Source: Clostridiales bacterium
GTDB lineage: Bacteria > Bacillota > Clostridia > Oscillospirales > JAAYXM01
NCBI GenBank assembly: GCA_012515925.1
Contig: JAAYXM010000196.1
Coordinates: 1-41,393, forward strand
DNA: 41,393 nucleotides
Reading direction: 5' to 3'
Shown here: in pieces, positions 16,454-26,023 of the stretch
How the letters are laid out: each line of letters starts with the position of its first letter
Numbering within the stretch: the stretch's first letter is position 1
Translations under genes and position numbers: made by a program
Notes under the pieces: generated by a model
Databases searched by the model: none
The model's input: the letters and a program-made list of their open reading frames with translations, nothing else
What the model was told of the DNA's origin: nothing

Positions 16454-18280
16454 ATGTGCGGAATTACAGGATACACGGGAAAAGAAAACGCCCTGCCTAT
16501 ACTTATGGAAGGGCTTAAAAAGCTTGAATACAGAGGCTATGATTCGGCGGGCGTCGCGATATTCGACGAGGGCAACATAAAGGTGATAAAGACCCGCGGA
16601 AGACTTACGGTTTTAGAGGATAAGCTTAACGGCCTTACGATTAGCACCACATGCGGGATAGGCCATACGCGCTGGGCGACGCACGGCGAGCCCACGGACG
16701 AAAACTCTCACCCGCACCTGAGCAATAACGGACGGTTCGCGGTAGTCCACAACGGCATTATCGAAAACTACCGCGAGCTCAAGGAAAAGCTTACCGGCAA
16801 GGGGTATGTTTTCCTGTCGGACACGGACACCGAGGTAATCGCGCACCTTATCGATTACTACTATAACGGGGACATAGTCGAGGCGCTCATCAAGGTCAGG
16901 ACAAAAATCCGGGGCTCTTACGCGCTCGGGATTTTAAACTCGGAATTGCCGGGCGAGATAATTGCCGCGAGAAAGGACAGCCCGCTTATCGCGGGCACCT
17001 CGGAGGACGGGAATTTCATAGCCTCGGACATACCCGCGATACTGTCATACACGCGGGACTATTATATCATCGGGGATGACGAGATTGCCCGTATTCGTCC
17101 GGAGGGCATAGAAATATTCAATTCGGATTACGAGCTTGTGCCGAAATCCCCCTTAAGGGTTGACTGGAGCGTGGAATCCGCCGAAAAGTGCGGCTATAAG
17201 CATTTTATGCTTAAGGAAATCCACGAACAGCCAAGGGCGCTTATAAATACTGTTTCCCCGCGCGTAAGCGACGATTGCGGGATTGATCTCGAAATAAACG
17301 TGACTCCGGAATTTCTGACGGATATTAACCGGATTCATATCATGGCCTGCGGCTCCGCCGCCCATGTGGGTCAGGTGGGCAAATACATAATCGAGCGGCT
17401 TGCGCGCATACCCGTCGAATGCGACCTTGCCTCGGAATTCAGGTACAGGTTTCCGATACTCAAGAAAAACGATTTATGTATCGTAATAAGCCAGTCCGGC
17501 GAAACGGCGGACACGCTTGCCGCGCTGCGCGAGGCAAAGCGGCGCGGCGTCAGGGTGCTCTCAATCGTAAACGTCGTGGGCAGCACAATCGCGCGGGAAT
17601 CCGACGAGGTGCTCTATACCTGGGCGGGCCCCGAGATAGCGGTGGCCACCACAAAGGCGTATTCAACGCAGCTTTCGCTTGTTTACCTTATCGCGGTGCA
17701 TATCGCGAAAACCCGCGGCGAAATATCGGACTCCGACGCGCGGCGGCTTGTTTCGGAGATTAAGGAGCTTCCCGAAAAGCTTAATCAGGTGTTGGCGAAA
17801 ACCGCGGAGCTGCAGTATCTGTCCTCAAGGTTTTACAACCTCAGGGATATCTTCTTTATCGGGCGCGGCGTGGATTTCGCGGTGGCGCTCGAGGGCTCGC
17901 TCAAGCTTAAGGAGATTTCATACATAAGGAGCGAGGCATACGCCGCGGGCGAGCTTAAGCACGGCACCATCGCGCTTATTGAGGAGGGCTCGCTTGTTAT
18001 CGCGCTTGTGACTCAGACCGCGCTCGCCGAAAAGATGCTCGGGAATATCCGCGAGGTTAAGGCGCGAGGCGCAAGGGTTCTTACAATCGCGACGCAGGCT
18101 ACCGCGGAAGCGGTCTCCGAGGCTTCGGATTACTGCCTTATGCTTCCCTGCTGCTATGATATGTTCACGCCCTCGCTTACCGTCGCGGCGCTGCAGCTTT
18201 TCGCGTACTACATCGCCGCGGCGCGCGGATGCGATGTGGACAAGCCCAAAAACCTTGCAAAATCCGTTACGGTGGAATAA
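16454..18280 (+). CDS. glmS: Glutamine--fructose-6-phosphate aminotransferase
   Basis: The N-terminal MCGI nucleophile Cys, two SIS domains and the C-terminal KSVTVE are all canonical GlmS. Confidence 0.97.
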   Translation: MCGITGYTGKENALPILMEGLKKLEYRGYDSAGVAIFDEGNIKVIKTRGRLTVLEDKLNGLTISTTCGIGHTRWATHGEPTDENSHPHLSNNGRFAVVHNGIIENYRELKEKLTGKGYVFLSDTDTEVIAHLIDYYYNGDIVEALIKVRTKIRGSYALGILNSELPGEIIAARKDSPLIAGTSEDGNFIASDIPAILSYTRDYYIIGDDEIARIRPEGIEIFNSDYELVPKSPLRVDWSVESAEKCGYKHFMLKEIHEQPRALINTVSPRVSDDCGIDLEINVTPEFLTDINRIHIMACGSAAHVGQVGKYIIERLARIPVECDLASEFRYRFPILKKNDLCIVISQSGETADTLAALREAKRRGVRVLSIVNVVGSTIARESDEVLYTWAGPEIAVATTKAYSTQLSLVYLIAVHIAKTRGEISDSDARRLVSEIKELPEKLNQVLAKTAELQYLSSRFYNLRDIFFIGRGVDFAVALEGSLKLKEISYIRSEAYAAGELKHGTIALIEEGSLVIALVTQTALAEKMLGNIREVKARGARVLTIATQATAEAVSEASDYCLMLPCCYDMFTPSLTVAALQLFAYYIAAARGCDVDKPKNLAKSVTVE

Positions 18281-18413
18281 AATAAACGCAAAATCTCTGA
18301 TAAAGGCGAGGACCCCGCGTATAAGACAATATGGAAGCACCCCGACGATATTGTCGCGCTTTACTCCGCGGAAATCGAAAAAATCATTCTTTAAAAAACG
18401 CGCGTATACTGAT

Positions 18414-18451
18414 AAAGAGGTTGGAGCAGTCATTGCCCCAACCTCTTTTTT
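18414..18451. terminator. Bidirectional intrinsic terminator between convergent glmS and yabR
   Basis: AAAGAGGTTGG (18414-18424) pairs with CCAACCTCTTT (18438-18448). It is flanked by an A-run and a T-run. Confidence 0.75.
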
Positions 18452-18463
18452 AAACAAATCTCA

Positions 18464-18859
18464 TTATCTGAGCCGGCGGCGCGAGCCGTTTCTCTTTTCT
18501 AAATGCTGTTTAAAATCGGACATCCTGCTCTCGCTTTCCGCCATAAACTGCTTTAGTTTATCCTCAAACGAAACCGGTAGGTTATCGCGTCTCGCGGCTT
18601 CGTTATGAAACGACGCGTCTTCCCCGTTTTTCATTTTTTTGATGGACAAACTGATTTTTCCCTCCTTATCGATGCCTATGACCCTGACGGATACCTCCTG
18701 CCCTTCCTCCAAATGGTTTCGTATGTCGTTGACATAGGAATTAGCGATTTCGGAAATATGTACCATTCCTGTTTTGCCCATGGGCAGTGCGATAAACGCC
18801 CCGTATTTCGTTATCGCGGTTACCTTCCCTTCATATACGGAACCTATCTCGAGATCCAT
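18464..18859 (-). CDS. yabR: S1 RNA-binding domain protein (YabR-like)
   Basis: S1 domain (GSVYEGKVTAITKYGAFIAL...GMVHISE), 131 aa, placed just after divIC as in B. subtilis. Confidence 0.75.
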   Translation of the reverse strand: MDLEIGSVYEGKVTAITKYGAFIALPMGKTGMVHISEIANSYVNDIRNHLEEGQEVSVRVIGIDKEGKISLSIKKMKNGEDASFHNEAARRDNLPVSFEDKLKQFMAESESRMSDFKQHLEKRNGSRRRLR

Positions 18860-18925
18860 GCTTTAATGAACTTCCTCCTTTGATATGACGAGTGCGGACT
18901 CACCCCGCCTTTTATATGAAAATAA

Positions 18926-19216
18926 TTATTTACCGGAAGTATCGACAAAAATCTGTTCGTCGGGTGCGGCATAACCCTGCTTCTGAGCATCGGTCCTGAT
19001 ATACTCGTCATCCACAGGAGCCTCAATAATCTGCTTAAGCTGTGCCTGGTTCGAAAGTTCCGCTTCGATTTCACGCTGTAAGCGCTCGCTCTCGCTTTTC
19101 TGATCTTTTATCTTTATCTGGAGCGAAACAAGCGTGACAACCGAATATATGACAAACGCCAATAATATCAGCTTAGGAATTAATCCGACTTTTCTTTTTT
19201 TTGCTTTTCGCGCCAT
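18926..19216 (-). CDS. divIC: Septum formation initiator family protein (DivIC/FtsB)
   Basis: 96 aa with one N-terminal TM helix and then a coiled coil. It holds the conserved position after yabQ. Confidence 0.75.
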   Translation of the reverse strand: MARKAKKRKVGLIPKLILLAFVIYSVVTLVSLQIKIKDQKSESERLQREIEAELSNQAQLKQIIEAPVDDEYIRTDAQKQGYAAPDEQIFVDTSGK

Positions 19217-19724
19217 TATACATTCTCCCTTTTTTTACACCGGAGCTTAATTCCGTTATTCTCTTTTTCCTTTTTTCTTCTTTTTTCATAGCGCGAAGCT
19301 TTGCTTTCGCGCGCATTTTTATAATTATTCTTCTCTTAACGGCTCTTGCTTTTTTATATGTTTTCCCCGCGATAATATAAAGGGGACGGACGCAAAATAC
19401 AATACTCTTTACTATTACGTTAATTATAACGCGCAATGCCCCATAAAACAACACGCTTATTGTCGACATGTAAAAAAAACCGCCGCAGAACACACCGAGA
19501 AGCACGTACCAACGCATGCGCCCCTCCGAAACCGTAAGCACGAAGAAGAACAGCGCGCAAACCGCGCAGAACCAGAAAAAACCGTCAATCAGCGCGGTTA
19601 TAAGCCTGCCCGCGCGCGTGAAGGCGCGGACAACGCGCAGCACGTCATAGAACACCGCAAGCGCGGCTCCTAACACCGCGGAATTTAAGAACTCCAGTGT
19701 CTGCCCGGACACGGTAATACCCAT
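19173..19724 (-). CDS. yabQ: Spore cortex biosynthesis protein YabQ
   Basis: The start at 19724 (MGITVSGQTLEFLNSAVLGAALAVFYDVLR) matches the YabQ N-terminus, and the protein is multi-TM. It has a long Lys/Arg-rich tail. The track ORF adds 36 spurious codons that overlap yabP. Confidence 0.75.
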   Translation of the reverse strand: MGITVSGQTLEFLNSAVLGAALAVFYDVLRVVRAFTRAGRLITALIDGFFWFCAVCALFFFVLTVSEGRMRWYVLLGVFCGGFFYMSTISVLFYGALRVIINVIVKSIVFCVRPLYIIAGKTYKKARAVKRRIIIKMRAKAKLRAMKKEEKRKKRITELSSGVKKGRMYNGAKSKKKKSRINS

Positions 19725-19734
19725 TATAACGCCC

Positions 19735-20019
19735 CTACCTGAACAGGCGGGACCAGAACCCGCCCGGGGCTTCCTCGCCGCCGTACTGCAAGCCGTCAAT
19801 CGTGCCCTCGACGCCGAGCTCACCCGTGTCAAGACTGAGGCGTTCCATGTGCAAGCCCGTGCCGCGTATGGTCAGCATGCCTTTTGATGTATACAGATTT
19901 ACCGAGTTTTCGTCAAAGCTCTCAACGTCCTCAACGCCGGAAATGCTGAGTCTCGAACGTCCCTCAATAATAACATTATGCGGCAGCTCGGCATTCCTTG
20001 TCCTGTCATCGTACTGCAT
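19735..20019 (-). CDS. yabP: Sporulation protein YabP
   Basis: YabP/YqfC domain (NVIIEGRSRLSISGVEDVESFDE...LTIRGTGL). The start at 20019 has a strong GGAGGAG Shine-Dalgarno. Confidence 0.85.
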   Translation of the reverse strand: MQYDDRTRNAELPHNVIIEGRSRLSISGVEDVESFDENSVNLYTSKGMLTIRGTGLHMERLSLDTGELGVEGTIDGLQYGGEEAPGGFWSRLFR

Positions 20020-20140
20020 AATACCGCTCCTCCTTCCATATTCCTGTACAATATATGGAAAGAGCGCGTAAAATATTCGTTTCACGGTTCATCCGGCTTA
20101 AGGCACATCCCGAAATATGCAAAAAGCCCGAGAAACCGTG

Positions 20141-20386
20141 TTACTCCCTGATTTCCTCGTACAAAAGCCGGGATTCGGCCCTGCCCGCGTGCTCCGGCAC
20201 CTCAAGCACGCGTACCTTAAGCGTCTTCGCGCCGAAACGGATTTCGACGATATCCCCGGGCTTTACGTCATAGGACGCCCGGACAACACGCCCGTTTACG
20301 GAAACGCGCTCGTTGTCGCATGCCTGATTCGCAATTGTCCTTCGTTTAATTAATCTTGATATCTTAAGATACTTGTCTATTCTCAT
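20141..20386 (-). CDS. rqcP: S4-domain RNA-binding protein YabO/RqcP
   Basis: 81 aa with an S4 domain (MRIDKYLKISRLIKRRTIA). It holds the conserved position upstream of yabP. Confidence 0.8.
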   Translation of the reverse strand: MRIDKYLKISRLIKRRTIANQACDNERVSVNGRVVRASYDVKPGDIVEIRFGAKTLKVRVLEVPEHAGRAESRLLYEEIRE

Positions 20387-20424
20387 AAAAATACATTACC
20401 CGATAAAAAAGAATAATACGATAT

Positions 20425-20448
20425 GGGGCGAAGGATTAACTTCGCCCC
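20425..20448 (-). terminator. Hairpin downstream of hup
   Basis: GGGGCGAAG (20425-20433) pairs with CTTCGCCCC (20440-20448). On the minus strand a T-rich stretch (TTCTTTTTT) follows, but about 14 nt away. Confidence 0.45.
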
Positions 20449-20470
20449 AAACGATACTGCGGTTAAATCG

Positions 20471-20746
20471 CTATTTTGAAACAACGTCCTTCAATGCCTT
20501 GCCGGCTTTAAAGACCGGGCTCTTGGACGCGGGAATGGTAATGGTCTGCTTGGTTTTGGGGTTGCGCCCGAGACGAGCCGCGCGCTTCTTAACTTCAAAA
20601 GAACCGAACCCTACAAGCTGGACCTTATCCCCCTTGACCAGGGCCCCCGTAATTACGTCGATTGTCGCGTTTACGAGCTTCTCGCTGTCTTTCTTGGAAA
20701 AACCCGCCTTCTCTGCAACCGCACTTACCAATTCTGATTTGTTCAT
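20471..20746 (-). CDS. hup: DNA-binding protein HU
   Basis: MNKSELVSAVAEKAGFSKKD...GFGSFEVKKRAARLGRNPKT is canonical HU. Length is 91 aa. Confidence 0.95.
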   Translation of the reverse strand: MNKSELVSAVAEKAGFSKKDSEKLVNATIDVITGALVKGDKVQLVGFGSFEVKKRAARLGRNPKTKQTITIPASKSPVFKAGKALKDVVSK

Positions 20747-20810
20747 GTAATAAGCCTCCTATAAAATAATATCTTTAAGGTACTAAGGAGCATTTACTCT
20801 CTATTCCCCG

Positions 20811-21635
20811 TTACCTTTCAAAGGTTTTTATCCGCTCCCAGAGCTTGTCCAGCTCGTCGATATTCATGTCCCTCATATCGCCATGCTTTTCGGCTTCCTT
20901 TTCAAGCCTTCCGAAGCGGCTCAAGAACTTGTTGTTCGCCTTGTCGAGCGCAAGCTCGGGATTAACATTTAAGAACCTCGCGACGTTTACGACCGAAAAC
21001 AGCAGGTCGCCGATTTCCTCCTCGATATTGCCGTCCTCCGAAATCGCAAGCTTTAGTTCGCCGATTTCCTCGCCGAGTTTATCAAACGCGCCCTCAATCG
21101 AGGGCCAGTCAAAGCCGGCTTTTTTCGCCTTTGCCTGAAGCTTTTCGGCGCGCATCAGCGCGGGCAGACTTCGCGCAACCGAATCGAGCGCGTCAAAATG
21201 CGTTTTTTGCCCTTTTTCGCAGCGCTTGATATTGTCCCAGTTTTCGAGAACCTCACCGGACCCCGAAACCTTAACGTCGCCGAAAATATGCGGGTGACGC
21301 AGAATTAGTTTTTTACATACCCCGTCCGCCACGTCGTCTATATTGAAGCTGCCGAGCTCCTTTTCAATCTGCGCGTGAAACACGACCTGAATCAGAACAT
21401 CGCCGAGCTCTTCTCGCAGGAGCGTTGTGTCTTTCCTGTCGATTGCCTCAATGACCTCGTAGGTTTCCTCGATGAAGTTCATACGGATGCTCTCGTGGGT
21501 CTGCTCCCTGTCCCAGGGGCAGCCGCCTTCGGAGCGGAGAATCTCCATAATCCTTATCAGGTCTTCAAAGCCGTATTTATCTCGTTGTAAGAAATTTATC
21601 ATATTTATCCAACTCCTGCAAGCTTTTTTTTTCAT
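20811..21635 (-). CDS. mazG: MazG nucleoside triphosphate pyrophosphohydrolase (tandem MazG domains)
   Basis: EExxE motifs (NFIEETYEVIEAI and EEIGELKLAI...EEIGDLLF). The ATG at 21635 overlaps the upstream stop as ATGA. The ATG at 21602 is an alternative start. Confidence 0.88.
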   Translation of the reverse strand: MKKKACRSWINMINFLQRDKYGFEDLIRIMEILRSEGGCPWDREQTHESIRMNFIEETYEVIEAIDRKDTTLLREELGDVLIQVVFHAQIEKELGSFNIDDVADGVCKKLILRHPHIFGDVKVSGSGEVLENWDNIKRCEKGQKTHFDALDSVARSLPALMRAEKLQAKAKKAGFDWPSIEGAFDKLGEEIGELKLAISEDGNIEEEIGDLLFSVVNVARFLNVNPELALDKANNKFLSRFGRLEKEAEKHGDMRDMNIDELDKLWERIKTFER

Positions 21636-23239
21636 AATTCAAATTTTTCAGTGAATTTTAAAAAAAATCGTGATTTTTTATCAGCCGAAAACAACGCATA
21701 ATCATTCTTTGTTAAAGTTTTTGTTATAATTATAGCTATTATACAAGATATTACGCCGAAAAAAACAGCCGTCAGAACGCCCAATCCGACACCCGAACAC
21801 GCCGAAAACGCAGAATATACGCGCTCTGCGGCATATCCGGTCAATATCCCGACTATTATCGGTTTCATATAAATATCGATTAATTTTATATTCAGATTTT
21901 TATCGACAATAAGAAAATACATATTAACGCCGGCGGCGGCCGCGTAGCATAATACGGTGCTCGCGGGCGCGCCGAAAATGTTTATTTCGGGGATTCCGAT
22001 GAGTATTATATTTGAGACAATTTTAACAATAGAGCCCGCGAGCATCGAAACCACGGGCAGCCCGACATTCCCCACGGACTGATGTATCGAGCTTGTAAGC
22101 GTGACCGTAGCGAGAAGCGGCACCGCGAGCGCCAGCGTCCGAAGCATACCCGCCGAAGCTTCGACTGCCGCGGCGTCGATGCTTTTGCCGTACAACAGAT
22201 ACACTATGGGATATGAAAGCGCGTAAAGCCCCGCCGCGGCGCTCATAGCGAGAAGCATAGCGATTTTAAGCGCAGAACACGCCGTCATATTAAGCCCTTT
22301 AATATCCCGTTTGGCATACGCCGCCGAAACTCTGGGTATCAGGCTTACCGCGATTGTCGCAACAAGAGCGTTGGGGAGGTTGAACAGGTTCGCGGCGTAT
22401 GTATACGAGCCGTAAAGCCACATGGATTTTTGCAGGGGGACGCCGCTTTTTTGCAGGATATTCATAACAAGGGCGCTGTCGATGACGTTTGTAAGGCTTA
22501 TTGCCGCGGCTCCTGCCGTTATTGGCAGCGCGAGCCGCAAAAGAGCCGTAAAAACACTTCTCTTTGAGCGCTTTAAAAGCTTTGTCTCCGGATGCTTAAA
22601 CTCATACTCCGGCAGAAACATAAAATACGCCGCCGAGAGAAAAGCGCCGATTGTCACGCCCGCGGCGGCGCCCGCCGAAATAAGACCTGTTCCGTATCCC
22701 GCCCGGGACAGCCACCACGCGGCGCCGAGCCCGATAAAGAGCTTTCCCGACGCCTCGATTATCTCGGAGGCCGCGGACGGGTACATATTCGAAAAGCCCT
22801 GGTAGTACCCGCGGTTTATTCCCACAACCGAAACAAACATAACCGCGGGCGCAATCAGACGAATCGCGTGCGCCGATTCGGGGCTTCCCATAAGGCGCGC
22901 CAGAAAATCCGCGAAATACGCCATAGACACGCTAAGCACTATACCCATAAGCGCGAACGCGGCATATGAAACCTTATAGATACGCCCGACCTCGTTAAAT
23001 CTCTTAAGCGCCACAGCCTCGGCCACCATTTTCGACACCGCGACGGGCACGCCCGCGGTGGACAGCACAAACAGCAACGCGTAGATATTATAGGCAATGG
23101 AAAAGCACGCCATGCCCTCGGGCTTGAGTATCGCGCCGAGCGGTATCTTGAAAACCGCGCCTATAATTTTGACGATTATACCCGACGCGGCTAAAACCGC
23201 GGCGCCGTGCAGAAAGCTTTGACTCCGTACACCTCTCAC
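21632..23239 (-). CDS. MOP-superfamily flippase (SpoVB/YabM-like polysaccharide biosynthesis protein)
   Basis: 535 aa, roughly 14 TM segments by eye, with the N-terminal FLHGAAVLAASGIIVKIIGAVFKIPL typical of SpoVB/MurJ-like proteins. It is positionally equivalent to B. subtilis yabM. Confidence 0.8.
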   Translation of the reverse strand: MRGVRSQSFLHGAAVLAASGIIVKIIGAVFKIPLGAILKPEGMACFSIAYNIYALLFVLSTAGVPVAVSKMVAEAVALKRFNEVGRIYKVSYAAFALMGIVLSVSMAYFADFLARLMGSPESAHAIRLIAPAVMFVSVVGINRGYYQGFSNMYPSAASEIIEASGKLFIGLGAAWWLSRAGYGTGLISAGAAAGVTIGAFLSAAYFMFLPEYEFKHPETKLLKRSKRSVFTALLRLALPITAGAAAISLTNVIDSALVMNILQKSGVPLQKSMWLYGSYTYAANLFNLPNALVATIAVSLIPRVSAAYAKRDIKGLNMTACSALKIAMLLAMSAAAGLYALSYPIVYLLYGKSIDAAAVEASAGMLRTLALAVPLLATVTLTSSIHQSVGNVGLPVVSMLAGSIVKIVSNIILIGIPEINIFGAPASTVLCYAAAAGVNMYFLIVDKNLNIKLIDIYMKPIIVGILTGYAAERVYSAFSACSGVGLGVLTAVFFGVISCIIAIIITKTLTKNDYALFSADKKSRFFLKFTEKFEL

Positions 23240-23338
23240 ATAAATTCACAACCTTCGGCCTGGGCGGTTTCGCCCCCTAATATCGTTGTATGAATTTATG
23301 CGGGATCAGCCGGGTTTATGACGAAAGGGCGGGGGGGC

Positions 23339-24637
23339 CTAAACTATCCCCTTCGCGGCGCGGCGCGCGTCAAACTTAACACGCTCTATATCAAGGGTTT
23401 TATACTCTCCGTTCTCATACAGAACTTCGCCGCGCGCCATTGTAAAGCATACATCCGAGCCCCGCGCCGAATACACGATGTTCGAAACCGCGTTGTGGCA
23501 CGGTGTCAGATGCGCCGCGTCCATATTCACAAGAATCAGATCGGCGTCAAAGCCCGCGGCGATTTTTCCGCATTCGGATTCCCTGCCCTGCGCGGCGGCG
23601 CCGTTTAACGTAGCAAGCTTCAGAGCCTCGTACGCATTGACCGCCGTAGGGTCAAAGAGCCTGCCCTTGTGCAGCAGAGCGGCCAGCTTTATTTCCTCGA
23701 ACATGTCATGACTGTTGTTGCTCGCGGTGCCGTCGGTGCCGAGCGCGACGCTGACGCCCGCCTTAATCATCTCCGGAACCCGCGCGACGCCCGAGGCGAG
23801 CTTTAGGTTGCTTACCGGGTTATGAACGGCGGTAACATGTTTTTCCGCGAAAATCATAAAATCCTCGTCCGTCGCCCAGACGCAGTGGGCGGCGGTTGTT
23901 TTTATATCAAATACGCCGTACCCGCAAAACAGGGCGGCGGGGGTTTTCCCGTATTTGTTGACGCATTTTTCATGCTCGGCGCGGGTTTCCGACAAATGCA
24001 CCTGCATTAATACATTCTTTTCCTTCGCGAACCCGACAATGCTTTCCCAGAGACCCGGCCCGCTCGTGTATTCCGCGTGTATCGAAGCGTCTGTTATAAT
24101 CCTTCCGCCGTCATGCATGTGCCATCTTTCGACAAAGCTTTTCTCCTCGACCGCGGCGGGAAAAACGTTAAAATCAACCTTCTCGTCAAAGCTTATTATC
24201 GACCTCGCGAGGTTGGCCTTGATTCTGCTTTCGCTGACCGCTTCTGCAATCGCGTCCGCGAAGAAATAAGTGTCCGAAAAGCTTGTTGTGCCCGTCGATA
24301 TCATCTCCGCGATACCGAGCATGGTCCCCGCCTTAATCGCGGACTCGTCCATTTTTTCCTCGGCGGGCCAGATATGATTATTAAGCCAGTCGCTTAGCTC
24401 AAAATCGTCCGCGTACCCGCGAAGCAATGTCATGGGTATATGCGTATGGGCGTTGATAAGCCCCGGGAGCATAACCTTGTGTTTGCAGTCAATACTTCTC
24501 GCGTTTTGAAAGCCTTCGGGCTTTGCCGTTCCTATATATGATATTTTCCCGTCCGTCACGCCGACATACGCGTTTTCGATAACCGGGTTTTCGTCACACA
24601 TCGTAATAACAATGGCGCCGTGAAACAAATATTCCAT
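23339..24637 (-). CDS. mtaD: Amidohydrolase, 5-methylthioadenosine/S-adenosylhomocysteine deaminase-like
   Basis: Metal-binding motif INAHTHIPMTLLRGYADD, a HLSET motif and GTDG..SNN. This is typical MtaD/TRZ-ATZ family architecture at 432 aa. Confidence 0.8.
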   Translation of the reverse strand: MEYLFHGAIVITMCDENPVIENAYVGVTDGKISYIGTAKPEGFQNARSIDCKHKVMLPGLINAHTHIPMTLLRGYADDFELSDWLNNHIWPAEEKMDESAIKAGTMLGIAEMISTGTTSFSDTYFFADAIAEAVSESRIKANLARSIISFDEKVDFNVFPAAVEEKSFVERWHMHDGGRIITDASIHAEYTSGPGLWESIVGFAKEKNVLMQVHLSETRAEHEKCVNKYGKTPAALFCGYGVFDIKTTAAHCVWATDEDFMIFAEKHVTAVHNPVSNLKLASGVARVPEMIKAGVSVALGTDGTASNNSHDMFEEIKLAALLHKGRLFDPTAVNAYEALKLATLNGAAAQGRESECGKIAAGFDADLILVNMDAAHLTPCHNAVSNIVYSARGSDVCFTMARGEVLYENGEYKTLDIERVKFDARRAAKGIV

Positions 24638-24652
24638 AGGAATTCGCCTCCC

Positions 24653-25474
24653 CTACATTCTTTCAAGACACTTAAGAATAAGCGCGCCGAAGACCTCTCT
24701 CGCGGCCTCGCCCGCCGCCATGACCTCCTCGCAGGTTAAGGGCTTGTCCAGTATCCCGCTCGCCATGTTGGAGATAAGCGAAAATCCCAGAACCTCCATG
24801 CCCGCGTGCGCCGCGCAGATTACCTCGGGCACGGTTGACATGCCCACGGCGTCCGCGCCGAGAATCCGAATCGCGTTAATCTCGGCCGGCGTTTCGTATT
24901 GCGGGCCCGTCATATAAAAATAAACGCCTTCCCTGAGCTTGACGCCGATATCCTCGGCGCACCCGCGCGCGATGTCGCGAAGGCGTTTCGAATAGGCATA
25001 TGTCATATCGGGAAACCGAACGCCGAAGGTATCGATATTTTTGCCGCGCAGCGGCGAATCCCCGAACAGCTTGATATGGTCGCAAATAAGCATTATATCC
25101 CCGACTTCGAAATCCCCGTTAACCCCGCCCGCGGCGTTTGTCACAATTAGCTTTTCCGCACCCAGAATGCGGGCGACGCGGACGGGATACGTGATTTCCT
25201 CCACACCGTAGCCCTCGTAGTAATGCATGCGTCCCTGCATAATCATGACGCATTTGTTTCCGAGCGTGCCTATGACAAGCTTTCCGAAATGCCCCGGGGC
25301 GGTTGACGCTTTAAAGCCCGGAATCTCCTCATAGGGTATGGAAACCGTATCCTTCGCCATATCGGCAAGAGAGCTTAACCCGGAGCCTAAAATCATCAGA
25401 ATCTCCGGCTTAAGCCCTTCGATTTTTTCTGTTACAGCTTTTACACTTTCCTGATATATTCTGTGTTCCGGCAT
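24653..25474 (-). CDS. punA: Purine nucleoside phosphorylase, trimeric PunA/MTAP family
   Basis: GSGL, TNAAGG and GPQYETPAEI...GADAVGMSTVPE motifs. The start at 25474 (MPEHRIY) has an AAGGAG Shine-Dalgarno. The track ORF adds 37 codons that overlap the upstream gene. Confidence 0.85.
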   Translation of the reverse strand: MPEHRIYQESVKAVTEKIEGLKPEILMILGSGLSSLADMAKDTVSIPYEEIPGFKASTAPGHFGKLVIGTLGNKCVMIMQGRMHYYEGYGVEEITYPVRVARILGAEKLIVTNAAGGVNGDFEVGDIMLICDHIKLFGDSPLRGKNIDTFGVRFPDMTYAYSKRLRDIARGCAEDIGVKLREGVYFYMTGPQYETPAEINAIRILGADAVGMSTVPEVICAAHAGMEVLGFSLISNMASGILDKPLTCEEVMAAGEAAREVFGALILKCLERM

Positions 25475-25491
25475 TTGCGGATAATTCTCCT

Positions 25492-25914
25492 TTATTGCTG
25501 TTGTTCCTGTTCCTCCTGATACCTCGCGCCGCAGCCCGGACAGAAGCTGCCCGACTTGTCGAACACCTCGCCGCAGTTGTGGCATACCTTGATGTTCTTT
25601 AACGCTATGAGCTCCGCCTTAAGCTGCTCGAGCTTTTCCGTTTTTTCGTCGAGCGCCGCGAGCTTTGCCTCAAGCTCGTCCGTGGAGGTCTCCTGGTTTC
25701 TGTGGGACGCGTATATTATCCGACCGATATCCTTATACAACACATCGATATCCGTGTTTATATCGAATATGCGCAAGTTGATTTTCGACGCACTGTAAAT
25801 CTCGCTCGCCTTTTTACCGGCGGACTCCGCGGTCTTAGCGGCGAACTCGCCCGCGACTGTTGCGCTCGCGCGAATCTTGCGGATAATATCGTTTAACTTC
25901 TCGTTCATATTCAT
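25492..25914 (-). CDS. Coiled-coil protein with a C-terminal zinc ribbon, function unknown
   Basis: C-terminal CHNCG...CPGCG motif. The start at 25914 (MNMNEK) has a GAAAGGGG Shine-Dalgarno. Confidence 0.6.
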   Translation of the reverse strand: MNMNEKLNDIIRKIRASATVAGEFAAKTAESAGKKASEIYSASKINLRIFDINTDIDVLYKDIGRIIYASHRNQETSTDELEAKLAALDEKTEKLEQLKAELIALKNIKVCHNCGEVFDKSGSFCPGCGARYQEEQEQQQ

Positions 25915-26023
25915 ATAACCCCTTTCATCGTTATATTCTATATTATGCGGAAAACTCATCGTTTTGACTATTATACCATTTTTTTGCCCGAATACGCAAT
26001 AAGATTAAGATGCAAGCTTATAT

